NCBI GenBank assembly: GCA_051546255.1
Contig: CP128818.1
Coordinates: 1,178,001-1,242,000, forward strand
Direction: 5' to 3'
DNA from: Meyerozyma guilliermondii
Lineage: Eukaryota
Length of the DNA stretch: 64,000 nucleotides
The stretch's first letter is position 1; the number at the start of each line of letters is the position of its first letter. The notes beneath the pieces were generated by a model. The model searched no databases and was not told where the DNA came from. It saw only the letters and a list, made by a program, of their open reading frames with translations. Below, one piece after another: positions 1 through 10,839 of the stretch. The translations under genes and the position numbers were made by a program.

Positions 1-618
1 AGGAGAAATTGAGTGGAATATCTTCATTATGTTTACTGCATTTGTTCTCTAGACTTTGAATAACAAATTCAGCTCGTTTTGGTTCTTCATCTCGACTTCT
101 CAATGGTAGCTGTGGCTGAGTAAATTTAGTACAGATCAAATTTGGGAGCCAAGGAACTGGTGGTGTATTCTCACAGCATTGTATATCTCATAGTGTAAAA
201 CCCGGACTTTTAGCTCTCTTTTTCATTATTCTAGTGCATCGTAAGTTGCAGTGGCTGAGTAGAGAAAAGGTTAATTACGATTTAAACCTAAAAAGTAATC
301 TATTGGAGCCACCATACGTTACAATTTTGTTTCTTGGTCACTTATCTTGAATTTTTATAGCACTTTGTTCATTTCCTTATTTCACCGATAATTTCAGATT
401 TGGTACTTGAAGCACTTTCAGAATTGCACATTTTCAAGATGAAGGGGTTACATTATATTGCACGTTAGTGCTTTCTATACACCAAACCATGTACACATAG
501 CATTCTTGTGACTTCTTGAACTTCTAGAAATGCTCGTTTGAGCTGCAATGAACCCATTGAGTACCACATTTCTATACCTCTCTGGCTCGAAAGACCAATA
601 AAGTAAATTGCTCTCTTT

Positions 619-1497
619 TTACAAGTAAAACTTTCTCTTGTCTCTCTCCATGTCGGGACGGTGTTCCCACTCCACTTCGTCCTTGATGCCTCTTTGCAAT
701 CTTCTGAGCTTCAATGTGAACTGAGGACCCAATTCTTGAAGACCGACTTTTTCTTCGTTTCGGAATACATAACGGTGTCTCCGGAAAAAGATATAATCTC
801 GCTGGTTGTGCAAGGTGACCACCTGACGGCCCTGGATTTCCGGACGATGAGGAAACATGGATTGGAAAAGACGACCGACAGTCTTTCCGAGTCGGGTGTT
901 GAAGTTGTTGAGAACAAGTTCAGGAATATGGTCTGTGGCACGGCCATGGCCCTCGATTCTCTTTGTGTCGACCAACGACGTCACGCTGAAGTAGAACGAG
1001 GGACCCTCGGGGAGATGCATGATTGTCAATCCATTGACTTTTTTCTTGTCCTCGTTGATCACCACCAAATCTGTGTATTCTCGATTGGAGCAAAACTTGG
1101 CCATTTCCTTCATGTTGTACGCTTTCTTACGCTTGACAAATGTCGAGTTGGGCAAGAAATCCATCATAATATCGGCAAACTCGTACGCTTGTTTCTTGGC
1201 ATTGGCATTGGTGGTGATCATGACTTTCGGGTCCCGAGGGTTCTCGAAGTATTTTTGGAACTCGTCACTGCCCTCTATCTCAGCACCAACAGTTTCATCG
1301 TAAACACGCTTCGATTCGAGTGTTTCTGGGATATTATTGGCGATTCTCTCTTCTCGGAGCTGCGGGTTTGCCCTCTCTTCCTTAGCTCTTTCCTTCCTTA
1401 GCGAATGTCTTTCTTTGTTGTGCTTGTGCTTGAGGTCCGAGACCACCCTCTGGCGCCTCTGCTTGTTTTTTATACGCTTGATAGCCTCGCTGTCCAT
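619..1497 (-). CDS. RPF1: Brix-domain ribosome production factor (60S biogenesis)
   Basis: Brix motifs PELVLNNFNTRLG, LHNQRDYIFFRRHRY and LQELGPQFTLKL; basic N-terminus; PAC/RRPE elements upstream. Confidence 0.93.
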   Translation of the reverse strand: MDSEAIKRIKNKQRRQRVVSDLKHKHNKERHSLRKERAKEERANPQLREERIANNIPETLESKRVYDETVGAEIEGSDEFQKYFENPRDPKVMITTNANAKKQAYEFADIMMDFLPNSTFVKRKKAYNMKEMAKFCSNREYTDLVVINEDKKKVNGLTIMHLPEGPSFYFSVTSLVDTKRIEGHGRATDHIPELVLNNFNTRLGKTVGRLFQSMFPHRPEIQGRQVVTLHNQRDYIFFRRHRYVFRNEEKVGLQELGPQFTLKLRRLQRGIKDEVEWEHRPDMERDKRKFYL

Positions 1498-1504
1498 GCC
1501 AGAG

Positions 1505-1586
1505 AATTTTCAAAATTCAATTTAAAATTCAATTTTCAATTTCAATTTCTCATTTCTCACTTAATTTTCGTTCGCGATGAGATGAG
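1505..1586. promoter_or_regulatory. RRPE and PAC ribosome-biogenesis elements in the short RPF1/HTD2 divergent promoter
   Basis: AATTTTCA at 1505-1512 (reverse complement TGAAAATT, RRPE-like) and GCGATGAGATGAG at 1574-1586 (PAC). Confidence 0.75.
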
Positions 1587-1624
1587 TGTGGGGAACTCAT
1601 CACCAATCAACCACGGTGAAAAAG

Positions 1625-2431
1625 ATGGTTTCCGGATGGCGCCAAGCCATCAAATCAAAGACATGGACTCGGCAAGACACCATGAGCGCCGGATCGCTCT
1701 ATCACCTTTCCAACTTGCTCCGTCGTCATTTTCCAACGTTGAGGACGGTGCCCGGGTTTCACTTTCTTTATTGTAATCCTTCCAATACTTTTTTGGCACA
1801 AGACGGCTATGACAACTACCAGGCACCGTGTGATGAGGCAGGAAATCTGCTTTTTGCACGGCGAATGTGGGCTCGTGGAGAATTGAACCAGCACGAATGC
1901 CCTTCCATCGGCGAACCCATAGAGTGCAAAGAACAGATAAAAAGTGTTCGAAGCGTGGGAAAGTCGGTTTTTGTTGAAATAGAACGCCAATTGACCTCGA
2001 ATCAGAGCCCCATGGTCCAAGAATTGAGGTCTTTGGTGTATACCAACGACAAGTACCGTCGCAGCGACTCAGAAGAAGTGGTACCAAATCACGAAAAAAC
2101 CATTACAATCAACATAACAGCCAACGATATTGCCCGCTACTCAGCATTGACGTACAATTTGCACAAAATCCACTTGGAACGAGCGTACGCCATTTCAGAA
2201 GGTTTTGAAAATTTGGTGGTGCAAGGTCCATACATGGTGACGCTAGCGATGTGCTGGATGGAGGTTAATGGAGTTAAAGTGAAAAGATTCCAGTACAAAA
2301 ACCTACGTGCATGCTACGAGGGAGACATTACCATTGGTCTTTCGGGTAACAAAGTGGACATTTACACTAAAAGTTCACACTTTTTTACAGGAACCGTGAA
2401 CAGCTATAATTCAATCAGTTATAGAATTTAA
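1625..2431 (+). CDS. HTD2: Mitochondrial hydroxyacyl-thioester dehydratase (double hotdog/MaoC-like)
   Basis: RRMWARG, YSALTYNLHKIH and LVVQGP motifs; first in-frame ATG is 1625 (track starts at a GTG). Confidence 0.75.
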   Translation: MVSGWRQAIKSKTWTRQDTMSAGSLYHLSNLLRRHFPTLRTVPGFHFLYCNPSNTFLAQDGYDNYQAPCDEAGNLLFARRMWARGELNQHECPSIGEPIECKEQIKSVRSVGKSVFVEIERQLTSNQSPMVQELRSLVYTNDKYRRSDSEEVVPNHEKTITINITANDIARYSALTYNLHKIHLERAYAISEGFENLVVQGPYMVTLAMCWMEVNGVKVKRFQYKNLRACYEGDITIGLSGNKVDIYTKSSHFFTGTVNSYNSISYRI

Positions 2432-2440
2432 CATAGATAC

Positions 2441-3205
2441 CTAAGTAGCCAAGCCAATGACTCCGCAAGCGGGTCTGGTACCAGCATTACCGGTCTTCTT
2501 GGACTCCTCGTTTCCACCTTTACCCAAGTCATCGGTACCAGAGTGGACAACCACCGATCTTCCAAGAATGGAATTTTCTCCCAACAATTTGACCAACAAG
2601 TCCTGCTTGGTTCCTTTAGCCACACCTTGGGCGTCGGTGGTGATGTTACCCAAGTCACCAACGTGTCTGGTGTCGTCCTCAGGAGCACCGTGAGTCTTCT
2701 GGAAGGGGTTGAAGTGAGGACCAGCCGAGGTGCACCCGTTGGTGTTGTCACCAAACTGGTGGATGTGGAAACCTCTCAAGGCATTGGGGTCGTTACCGGT
2801 GATTTCCCACGAGATCTTGGTGGGTTCCGATTCCTTATCTTGTTCAAAGTGGACTACACCTGAAACTTTAGCGTCTCCTCTCAATACAGCAACTGGGTTA
2901 GTCGATGATGGACAATTAAGGATTTAGAATTGCAATAAGGATTGAGATTGACAACTTGATTCTCAATTCCAATAGGATTGAATTGACAATTAACCATTGC
3001 AATAAGAATTAAATCGTCAATTAACCATTTTCGATTGGTTATTTAACAATTGTCTTGGGGTGAGCAAATTACCAGATGAGCAAATATTGAGCAAATTGTT
3101 CCCCATTCGTCTTTCCAAGATGCACACCTATCACTCAGAACCAGCGCCTCAATTCAAGCCAAAATCCATTCACAATTCCAATTTTTACATACCTGCTTTA
3201 ACCAT
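2441..3205 (-). CDS. SOD1: Cu/Zn superoxide dismutase, two exons (3205-3193 and 2892-2441)
   Basis: Spliced N-terminus [47 protein letters not shown] and RPACGVIG motifs. Confidence 0.96.
2893..3192 (-). other. Spliceosomal intron of SOD1 (300 nt)
   Basis: 5' GTATGT at 3192-3187; branch GACTAAC at 2903-2897; 3' CAG at 2895-2893; splicing restores the conserved frame. Confidence 0.93.
3061..3095 (-). promoter_or_regulatory. Three Mac1-type copper-response elements (TTTGCTCA) inside the SOD1 intron
   Basis: TGAGCAAA at 3061-3068, 3077-3084 and 3088-3095. Confidence 0.7.
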
Positions 3206-3674
3206 GGTTGATGAGTGATTGGTTCTCGCCATTTTTATATGCCCCCGATTTGTCAGAGCAACCGGGTGCACGTGAACCAGCGGGGGCTTCCGGTCGCAGG
3301 AGCGCCGAACGTGGAAGAAGAGAGCGGTAGCAAATTCAGCCACCAACCAAGATTCCGGGCCCAAAATTGGCAAGGGCCATAAACACAACAACTTCAACCC
3401 ATTGGCAAAATCTGGCGGCAATAGCACTTCAAATGCCCTAGAAAAGTGTGGTGGTATCTTGCTGGTTAGAGCAGTTGCTGGTGTTAGGCTGCGAATGACT
3501 CCATAGTCGGGGATAAATCGGCGTCGTTCCGGGGCTATTTCGGTCTAGGCCCACACCAACAGTACCACCAAATACCACTCACCAAAACTCAAAAATTTAC
3601 CCCATATTTTAAATTCGAATTACTCATATACCCATAATTAGTCCAAATCTCATTTCTGTAAATCTGTCCTCCTT

Positions 3675-4040
3675 TTATTTAGTCTCTCTACCCTGGTAGT
3701 ACTTCTTAGCGGTTGCGCGCACGTGCAGCAATGGCTCGTCAACCCTAGGGTAGATGTTGTGTTCACCAAGGTATTGGTACAATTCTCGCTTGCTCCAGCG
3801 GTCTACTGGGTGCGCCACGTCTTCTAGCTGAATGTTCTCGAAGCTGGAGTCGCTACTTGATTCCACGGTTTTTTTGGTATCTTTTGATTTTGGCTTGGGT
3901 GGTTTCATTATAAAACATACATAAAGGGTGGAAATCACCACGATCAGAGTGTACAACATAAACCCATTGCGGCGGACCTTGACGAAAAACGAGTCGAAAC
4001 CCAGTCTGGGCGATGGTTGGTAGACAATTTGGTACGCCAT
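3675..4040 (-). CDS. Small single-pass membrane protein, possible Ish1-like repeat
   Basis: 121 aa ATG-initiated ORF; one hydrophobic segment, then DRWSKRELYQYLGEHNI resembling the W-s-x-x-x-L-x-x-Y/W-L Ish1 pattern. Confidence 0.5.
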   Translation of the reverse strand: MAYQIVYQPSPRLGFDSFFVKVRRNGFMLYTLIVVISTLYVCFIMKPPKPKSKDTKKTVESSSDSSFENIQLEDVAHPVDRWSKRELYQYLGEHNIYPRVDEPLLHVRATAKKYYQGRETK

Positions 4041-4194
4041 TAGTGTTCAGTAAAGATTGGTTGCTGGTGAAGAAGTTGCACCCAACCACCAGCAGCAACT
4101 GTTATCGGCGTGCAGTGCCCACTGGTGCACTGGTGCACCGCACCGTACTGCGGCACGGCACCTGTCAAGGGGCGATTTCATCTTGCCACACATT

Positions 4195-4419
4195 ATGTCT
4201 GGATTGAAAAATTACATTATTACCCTCAAGGAGTCCGCTACAAGCGTAGACGTTGACAGCTTGAAGAAGAAAGTTCAAGATTTTGGCGGACAAATCACCA
4301 ATGAGTTTTCGTTGATCAAGGGATTTTCTGCCAAGTTGCCGGAGGTGCACTCCAAGCTGTTGGAGGGCCATGAACATGTTGCCACCATTGAGGAGGACAA
4401 GGAAGTACACACTCAGTAG
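4195..4419 (+). CDS. PBI2: Proteinase B inhibitor (peptidase inhibitor I9)
   Basis: 74 aa: KNYIITLKE...GGQITNEFSLIKGFSAKLP...IEEDKEVHTQ; ATG at 4195. Confidence 0.8.
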   Translation: MSGLKNYIITLKESATSVDVDSLKKKVQDFGGQITNEFSLIKGFSAKLPEVHSKLLEGHEHVATIEEDKEVHTQ

Positions 4420-4450
4420 AAGGACACTAGTATAGATCTAATGTACACGA

Positions 4451-4535
4451 TATGCAGATAATGCAGAAACTATGCAGAGATAATGCACAGATTATGCAGA
4501 GAAAATGCACAAACTATGAAGAAACTATACATAAC
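4451..4535. repeat. Degenerate ~10-11 bp minisatellite (ATGCAGA/ATGCACA core)
   Basis: tatgcagata atgcagaaac tatgcagaga taatgcacag attatgcaga gaaaatgcac aaactatgaa. Confidence 0.6.
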
Positions 4536-4740
4536 ATCTGCACTGCAATTGAATTGCAACCAAGTCTAATTTCAACCAAGTCTGCAAATTACACACCTAA
4601 TCCTTTACATTCTCCGCAACTGATACCAGCACGGTTGCAATTCCGCTTATCTTCCAGCCACCTTACGTCAGCTACCCCACGGTCTCGCGGCCAAGGAAAC
4701 TACCCCATATTTCTCTTTAGCTTCGTTTCTACATTTTTCA

Positions 4741-7700
4741 ATGAAATCTGAATACTCGGGCTATGCTGAAAGGTCGCTTCAGCCGACCCACAAGCCAATT
4801 GACCATATATACTTGGACAGGCTTCGGCACTTTACTGATGGAGGTGGCCAGTACGGTAGTCTCAATCTCCCTAAATTGTACGACCTTGACAGGGTTGATA
4901 CTAATACTGAGTATATCAATATCAAGTCGTGGAAAGTTCCTGATGGTCCCAATGGCGAAACGAAAAGACCACTTTTCAAAGATATTGACTGGAAAAAAAT
5001 TGAATGGGAAGATGCCAATAAAGGGTATCTGTTCGGCCCATCTTGGAAGACATTTTGGTTCAAGGTCGATATGGAAATTCCACCAAAATGGTTGAAAGAC
5101 TCGCCAGAAGAGATCATTTTCGAATGGGAAGCCGACAATGAAGGGTTATTGTACGACGAAAATGGTTCGCCAATTCAAGCATTTTCCAGCTCGGGTCAAA
5201 GATCGGTTTGCTACCTTCCTAAAAAATGGTGGAAACTGGGAGTCCAGCGCTTTTACCTTGAAATGGCTTGTAATGGCATGTTTGGTCTTGGAGACCAAGG
5301 AAAACCAGACCCCAATAGGTACTTCAGATTGAATACCTGTGATCTTATCTTGCCCAATGTGGAGGCCCGCAAATTGTACTGGGACTTTTGGATTCTCAGC
5401 GACGCTGCTCGTGAGTTACCGGGGCTGTGGCAGAAGTACCAGGCAGCCCTGGTGTGTAACCAGATCATGAATGCGTTCGATGTGAACGATCCCAAAACTG
5501 TGGGAACTGGAAGAAAATTGGCCAAGACACTTCTTGGAAAAGATATTGATTCTGATGATGTTTTCCACCAAGATGGAGGAGACGGAAGAATAGACGTTTT
5601 CGCCGTGGGAAACTGTCATATCGACACCGCTTGGTTGTGGCCGTTTGCAGAAACCAGGCGGAAAATTGTTCGTTCTTGGACATCCCAATTGAAAATTGCA
5701 GACCAGTATCCTGAGTATGTCTTTGTTGCTTCTCAAATGCAGCAATTCAAGTGGTTGAAACAGGACCATCCCGATGTATATGCCAAAGTGAAAGAAAAGT
5801 TCACCACAAACCAATTTTTGCCGGTAGGTGGTTCGTGGGTAGAAAATGATACCAACATTCCCAACGGAGAGTCGTTGATGAGACAGTTTTTATTGGGCCA
5901 GCGGTTTGAAATGAACGAGTTTGGGGTCCACGCAACGACTTTTTGGCTTCCTGACACTTTTGGCTACTCTTCTCAGATTCCTCAGCTCTGTCGGCTTGCT
6001 GGAATGGACAGATTTCTCACCCAAAAATTGTCGTGGAACAACATAAACCAGTTTCCTCTAACCACCTTCAACTGGGTCAGCTTGGACGGATCTCAGGTCT
6101 TGGTCCATATGCCCCCAGCCAACACTTATACTGCCGGTGCTCACTTTGGCGATGTTGTACGGTCGCAGCACCAGCACCAAAATTTGAGAGATGTGCCCAC
6201 GGGATTGTTGCTTTATGGTCATGGAGATGGTGGTGGAGGTCCTACCGAGGAAATGATCGAAAAACTTCGCCGGTGCCGTGGTTTTGCCAATTCTACTGCC
6301 GCTATACCTACGGTCCATGTTGGACTGACAATCGACGATTTTTATAACGATGTTCTTGCAAAGAGCAACAATGGTGCCAATCTTCCCACCTGGCGTGGAG
6401 AAATGTACCTCGAGTTCCATCGGGGAACCTATACCACTCAGGCCAAAATCAAAAAGTTTATGAGATTGGGAGAGGTCAAGCTCCATGATTTGGAGTACTT
6501 GGCTACATTGTTGAGTCTTACCGATAAGGACTATAAGTATCCTAAAAAGGAGCTCCAGGCTCTCTGGGAAGACATTTGTTTGTGCCAGTTCCACGATGTT
6601 TTGCCTGGAAGTTGTATCGGCATGGTTTACTATGAAGAGGTGTATCCTATGTTCGAGAAGTTTTTTGCCAAAATCAACAAGTTGATTAAAGAAGCTCTTG
6701 GTCAGTTCAAGGGAAAGCCTACGTTTGTTAACACTTTGCCTTGGGCTCGTACGGAGGTTGTTAGGGTTCCTAAGGACGATTTTGTGTTTGAGACTATGAG
6801 TTCAAGCCAAGATTGTGTTGTTTCTGATGGAAAAGCAATTGCTTCAGTCACGTCCAGCAATGGAAAGCTCACCGTCAACAAGGTGAAGTATCCTGCCCAG
6901 GTGAAAAAGGTGGATGATTTCTACGAATTGAGTAACGATCTCTTACTGGCAAAAATTTCAGATGATGGTATCATTACTTCGCTCTATGACAATGTCAACG
7001 ACCGGGAAATTATCGATTCTCTGGTTACCAAGGAGACACCAGGAGGCGGAAACCAGTTTATATTGGTCCAGGATGAGCCATTGACTTACCCAGCGTGGGA
7101 TACTGAGCTTTACTCTCTCGAAAAGATGAAATTTTTGAGTGGAGGAAAAGTGTCGATTTTGGAGAACAATGAAGTTCGGTCTTCGTTGGTGGTCAAACAT
7201 GAAATCTCCAAAGACTCGTCTATCGAAACTGTTATTTCACTTGATGGAGCTACCGACAAATCGACAAATTTCCTCAAATTCAAGTGCCATGTTAAATGGC
7301 ATGAGACCTACAAATTTCTCAAGGTTCAATTTCCAACCACAATTTACACCGCCACCGACGCCAACTACGAGACCCAGTTTGGAGTCACCAAGCGTCCAAC
7401 CCACTACAATACCACTTGGGATGTTGCCAGATTTGAGGTTTGTCACCACAAGTTTATGGACTTGAGTGAGCACAACTATGGAGTTTCTGTGGTCAATAAC
7501 AGCAAGTATGGAGGTCTGATTCACGGAAACTTGATGCGTCTTTCACTTCTTCGTTCAGCAAAAGCTCCTGATGACGAGGCTGATATGGGAGATCATGACT
7601 TTGAGTATGCCATCTTTCCTCACGAAGGTACTTTAGGTGCCAGTACGGTTCGCTTGGGATGGGAATTCAACTATCCTTTGTTATCTTCCAAGGGTGAGGT

Positions 7701-8022
7701 TCCAAATGCTATTTCCTTGGAGGGAGACTCGAGTCTTGTTTTGTCTCATTTGAAGAGATCTGAGGATGACAAGGAAGTTTCGACCCATGAAAATATTCCT
7801 TCGAAGGACCAAAAATCCTTCATTGTAAGGGTTTACGAATCTTTGGGAGGAAGCAGCAAAGGAAAGTTGGTGGTGGATCCCGAGGTTCTCAAGATCTCCA
7901 AGCTTTACCGGACCTGTGGTTTGGAAAACGAGATCGAAGAATTGAAGTTGAATGAGGACCAGAAAGTGGATATCAAGTTGAGAGGATTCGAGGTTGCAAG
8001 TTTCAAGTTTGTGCTTAAGTAG
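4741..8022 (+). CDS. AMS1: Vacuolar alpha-mannosidase (GH38)
   Basis: GNCHIDTAWLWP, FWLPDTFGYS, GHGDGGGGP, YLEFHRGTYT and QFHDVLPGS motifs; 1093 aa. Confidence 0.96.
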   Translation: MKSEYSGYAERSLQPTHKPIDHIYLDRLRHFTDGGGQYGSLNLPKLYDLDRVDTNTEYINIKSWKVPDGPNGETKRPLFKDIDWKKIEWEDANKGYLFGPSWKTFWFKVDMEIPPKWLKDSPEEIIFEWEADNEGLLYDENGSPIQAFSSSGQRSVCYLPKKWWKLGVQRFYLEMACNGMFGLGDQGKPDPNRYFRLNTCDLILPNVEARKLYWDFWILSDAARELPGLWQKYQAALVCNQIMNAFDVNDPKTVGTGRKLAKTLLGKDIDSDDVFHQDGGDGRIDVFAVGNCHIDTAWLWPFAETRRKIVRSWTSQLKIADQYPEYVFVASQMQQFKWLKQDHPDVYAKVKEKFTTNQFLPVGGSWVENDTNIPNGESLMRQFLLGQRFEMNEFGVHATTFWLPDTFGYSSQIPQLCRLAGMDRFLTQKLSWNNINQFPLTTFNWVSLDGSQVLVHMPPANTYTAGAHFGDVVRSQHQHQNLRDVPTGLLLYGHGDGGGGPTEEMIEKLRRCRGFANSTAAIPTVHVGLTIDDFYNDVLAKSNNGANLPTWRGEMYLEFHRGTYTTQAKIKKFMRLGEVKLHDLEYLATLLSLTDKDYKYPKKELQALWEDICLCQFHDVLPGSCIGMVYYEEVYPMFEKFFAKINKLIKEALGQFKGKPTFVNTLPWARTEVVRVPKDDFVFETMSSSQDCVVSDGKAIASVTSSNGKLTVNKVKYPAQVKKVDDFYELSNDLLLAKISDDGIITSLYDNVNDREIIDSLVTKETPGGGNQFILVQDEPLTYPAWDTELYSLEKMKFLSGGKVSILENNEVRSSLVVKHEISKDSSIETVISLDGATDKSTNFLKFKCHVKWHETYKFLKVQFPTTIYTATDANYETQFGVTKRPTHYNTTWDVARFEVCHHKFMDLSEHNYGVSVVNNSKYGGLIHGNLMRLSLLRSAKAPDDEADMGDHDFEYAIFPHEGTLGASTVRLGWEFNYPLLSSKGEVPNAISLEGDSSLVLSHLKRSEDDKEVSTHENIPSKDQKSFIVRVYESLGGSSKGKLVVDPEVLKISKLYRTCGLENEIEELKLNEDQKVDIKLRGFEVASFKFVLK

Positions 8023-8115
8023 GAAATAGTTATGAATGATGTTTTATGGAAAAAAGAAGAGACCAGACTAAAGTGGTGAATTGAATTGTTCTTATTTGCA
8101 ACCAATTGCATGCAT

Positions 8116-8142
8116 TTTGACAGCTTTGACAGCTTTGACAGC
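8116..8142 (+). repeat. (TTTGACAGC)x3 perfect tandem repeat
   Basis: Read directly; a near-identical triplet lies at 24431-24457. Confidence 0.8.
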
Positions 8143-10839
8143 GAGCCGCACTCACGTGCGACGGTAAGACTTGCTCGTGCCATATGCGTATTACGAGACT
8201 ATTACGAGCTATTACAATAACTCCGCGCCTAAAATTAGATACTCGCACAAAGCCGTCCACTTTTTTTTAAAATTTATTGTCTTTCATGATCGACCAAGAT
8301 TTCTTCAAGAGCACATTCCCATACTTGGTGGGATTTCTTGCATTGTATTCTTTAGCTATCACCGCTTTTCTCGTTTGGCAGGGTATTCTTCGTGTTGTTG
8401 AAAATAGCGAAAGGAATTCAAAAAGATTGGAAAAGAAAGAGTGAGCGGGATTGCGTAGATGAATGTTCACATTTGCTTCAGAGTTCTACTCCTTAAATCT
8501 TCCAAGATCGAAAATTTTCATGTAATATAAGTATGCCCTTAATAATTCAGATTGTACATGTACGTATCAATGGTTCATTTCTAAAACTCTACCCGCAAAA
8601 TCTTTGACTATGACCAGTGAGTTGTACTTTCTTCTAGTCGGAGTTCGATAAAATCTGCTAAACTGCGCGGCAGTCTTGTTAGATAATCAGCACAAGAATA
8701 GTCTCGCCTGGCTAGCTCTTAAATGAGAATTGTGGAAGTGGAATTGAGCAAGAATTTAGCAGTAAACTAATTTAGGATCTAAAGGGTCATCCAATTAACT
8801 AGCCTTCGTTTGGAGTATCAAATACTATCAGGAAAAGAAGTACTAGTGTAGGCTTCACATAGCTCACTGGACCCACAGTGTAGATACTCGGTTCATAATA
8901 CACACTTTGACAGTAGTGAGCCAAAACCGTACATCAATCGAGAGCCAATTGGTTTGGAAGCCGGATATCCAAGGCTCCAATTGGAGTTCCAGCTATTCGA
9001 AGTAAGTGGACTCTTAAGTCTTTGGTTCTAGACACACTCTCTGCTAAAGCTTCAAAAATCATGCCAAATCAAAGGCTAATCTTATAAGGCGGAGACGAAA
9101 AAGCCTCGGTTCTAGTCACCAATACCACACTTTTTCTTAGAGCAATTTCCACCGTATACTGCTGCATTAACTGAACAACATGGACCTGAATCTCGTCATC
9201 TCAAGTTTGTGCCAAAATCTTGCTTTTTGTTAAACTCAAAGTAACCAGGATTAAATTGACAAACAGATTATCGATCCTATTGGAGAGCAGAGATCCACAC
9301 AAAAGTGGTGCAGCATAACGAGTGCATTTCCATTCGCCAGAAAATAGAATATAGCTCATTTAGAGGAACGTCATGATACCCTGCGAAAATTGAACCCGGG
9401 TTCATTTTATAAAAGACTTCTCATTGCTAGCCAATAGTTGATGGAGAATTGAAAACGTCACAAAATTATCAAGTCCACAGTACAGATTTATAACAGTCTA
9501 ATGAAGAGTTCTGCCGATAATTCAGACCGTTAGCGAAAATGGCTTACCTTAAAGAAGTGGAGCAAGCAGCGGTTGCAAATTGTGATGCGAATTTGCAGCA
9601 AACGTGCGGCTCAGTGACGAATAGTGGAGAGCAATGAAAAAAACCCTCGATGAAAAACTTGGAAAAATATGAACTCATTGCTAATTGTTTTGGGTTTGTT
9701 TTTTGGTTTGTTCCTTGGTTCCTTCCGGTTTCTTTTTTGGTTTGTTTTTTGGTTTTTTTCGCGATTGATTGCTTGCTCGGCTCAACTTACGCACATAACC
9801 TTGAGCACGGTTCCACGGTTAGAGCACGATCACCCCGGTGTAGACATGTAGACGAATTAGTCGCATTGTAACAAAGCTAATGAACCAGGCTCAAGTCTCT
9901 TCCCAAATAGAAAATTCCCTTACCCAAATAGGACACAACTGGATATTTCTTTGTCCTCGTGACATATTTTCTAAAGCTTGCTCGCTACGGCATACCGCTG
10001 GTGCGCCAAGGCAAGGCCCTGCAGAAGATCGGCGAGCGCGCTGGGGCACTGAAAATCTTTGGTGAGAAAAATATTTATCATTTCGCCCGCATAGTGTATG
10101 CAATTAACCAAGTTCGTAGTCACAGCCCACCTGAGCCAAATATAGCCGCCGTCACCATGACAACCGCGACTGTTTTGCCGTAGTCGGATTGGGCCGCAGG
10201 TCACGTGCACAGGGGGCGAGGTTTGCGTAATATGCAAGCAAGCCCCCTGGATCTTGAGCCAGGGCGGATGTTGCGGTACTTTTGTAGTTTTGCTGGCGAG
10301 ACCCTCCGTAGAAAACTTTTGACCAATATCTTCTGCAATTATGTCAACTGCTTAATCTCGCCGATTGCGCTCGCCGCTGCGCTTCGCGGATCGCAGAACG
10401 TTCTCCCCCACAATGACGTGCCTAGGACGGATCCGTACGCGAAAAGGGCGAGATTCGCGTTGCGCATGAAACTGAGCCTAGACGCACACCGCCGCACACC
10501 GCCGCACAGACATATGCTAATCGAAAACCTTAGAAGGACCACCACCAATCCTTCCAGAAACCTCATTGACTGCTGAAAATCACACTGCCCCCTACTTTAC
10601 CCTCCATGACCACGCACAAAAATTTTTGTGCTTGTTCAACGCCTCCTTCGTCCCTTTTGACCACCCCTCTCCTAGCTTCGACAATGTTCGATGCCTCCTG
10701 CACCTCGCACGCACTGGTTGCACCAGTTTCCTCTGCAACCGCAACTTGCATGTTTACCACAGGGGCTCACACGCCAACTTGCGGTATATAAAGCGGTCAC
10801 CCCCCTAATGTCTCGGCAAAACTAATTCACTCGCTAAAA

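Noticed and set aside
661..1401. 246-aa ORF antisense to RPF1, and similar shadow ORFs such as 19000-20073, 53118-53771 and 63304-63924
   Set aside because: They lie opposite or within well-supported genes, have no recognisable motifs and mostly start at non-ATG codons
8393..9180. Possible solo LTR bounded by TGTTG...CAACA
   Set aside because: No target-site duplication at the flanks
9385..9410. tRNA or B-box-like sequence (CCCGGGTTCAATT on the minus strand)
   Set aside because: No cloverleaf, A-box or acceptor stem found; only a short palindrome
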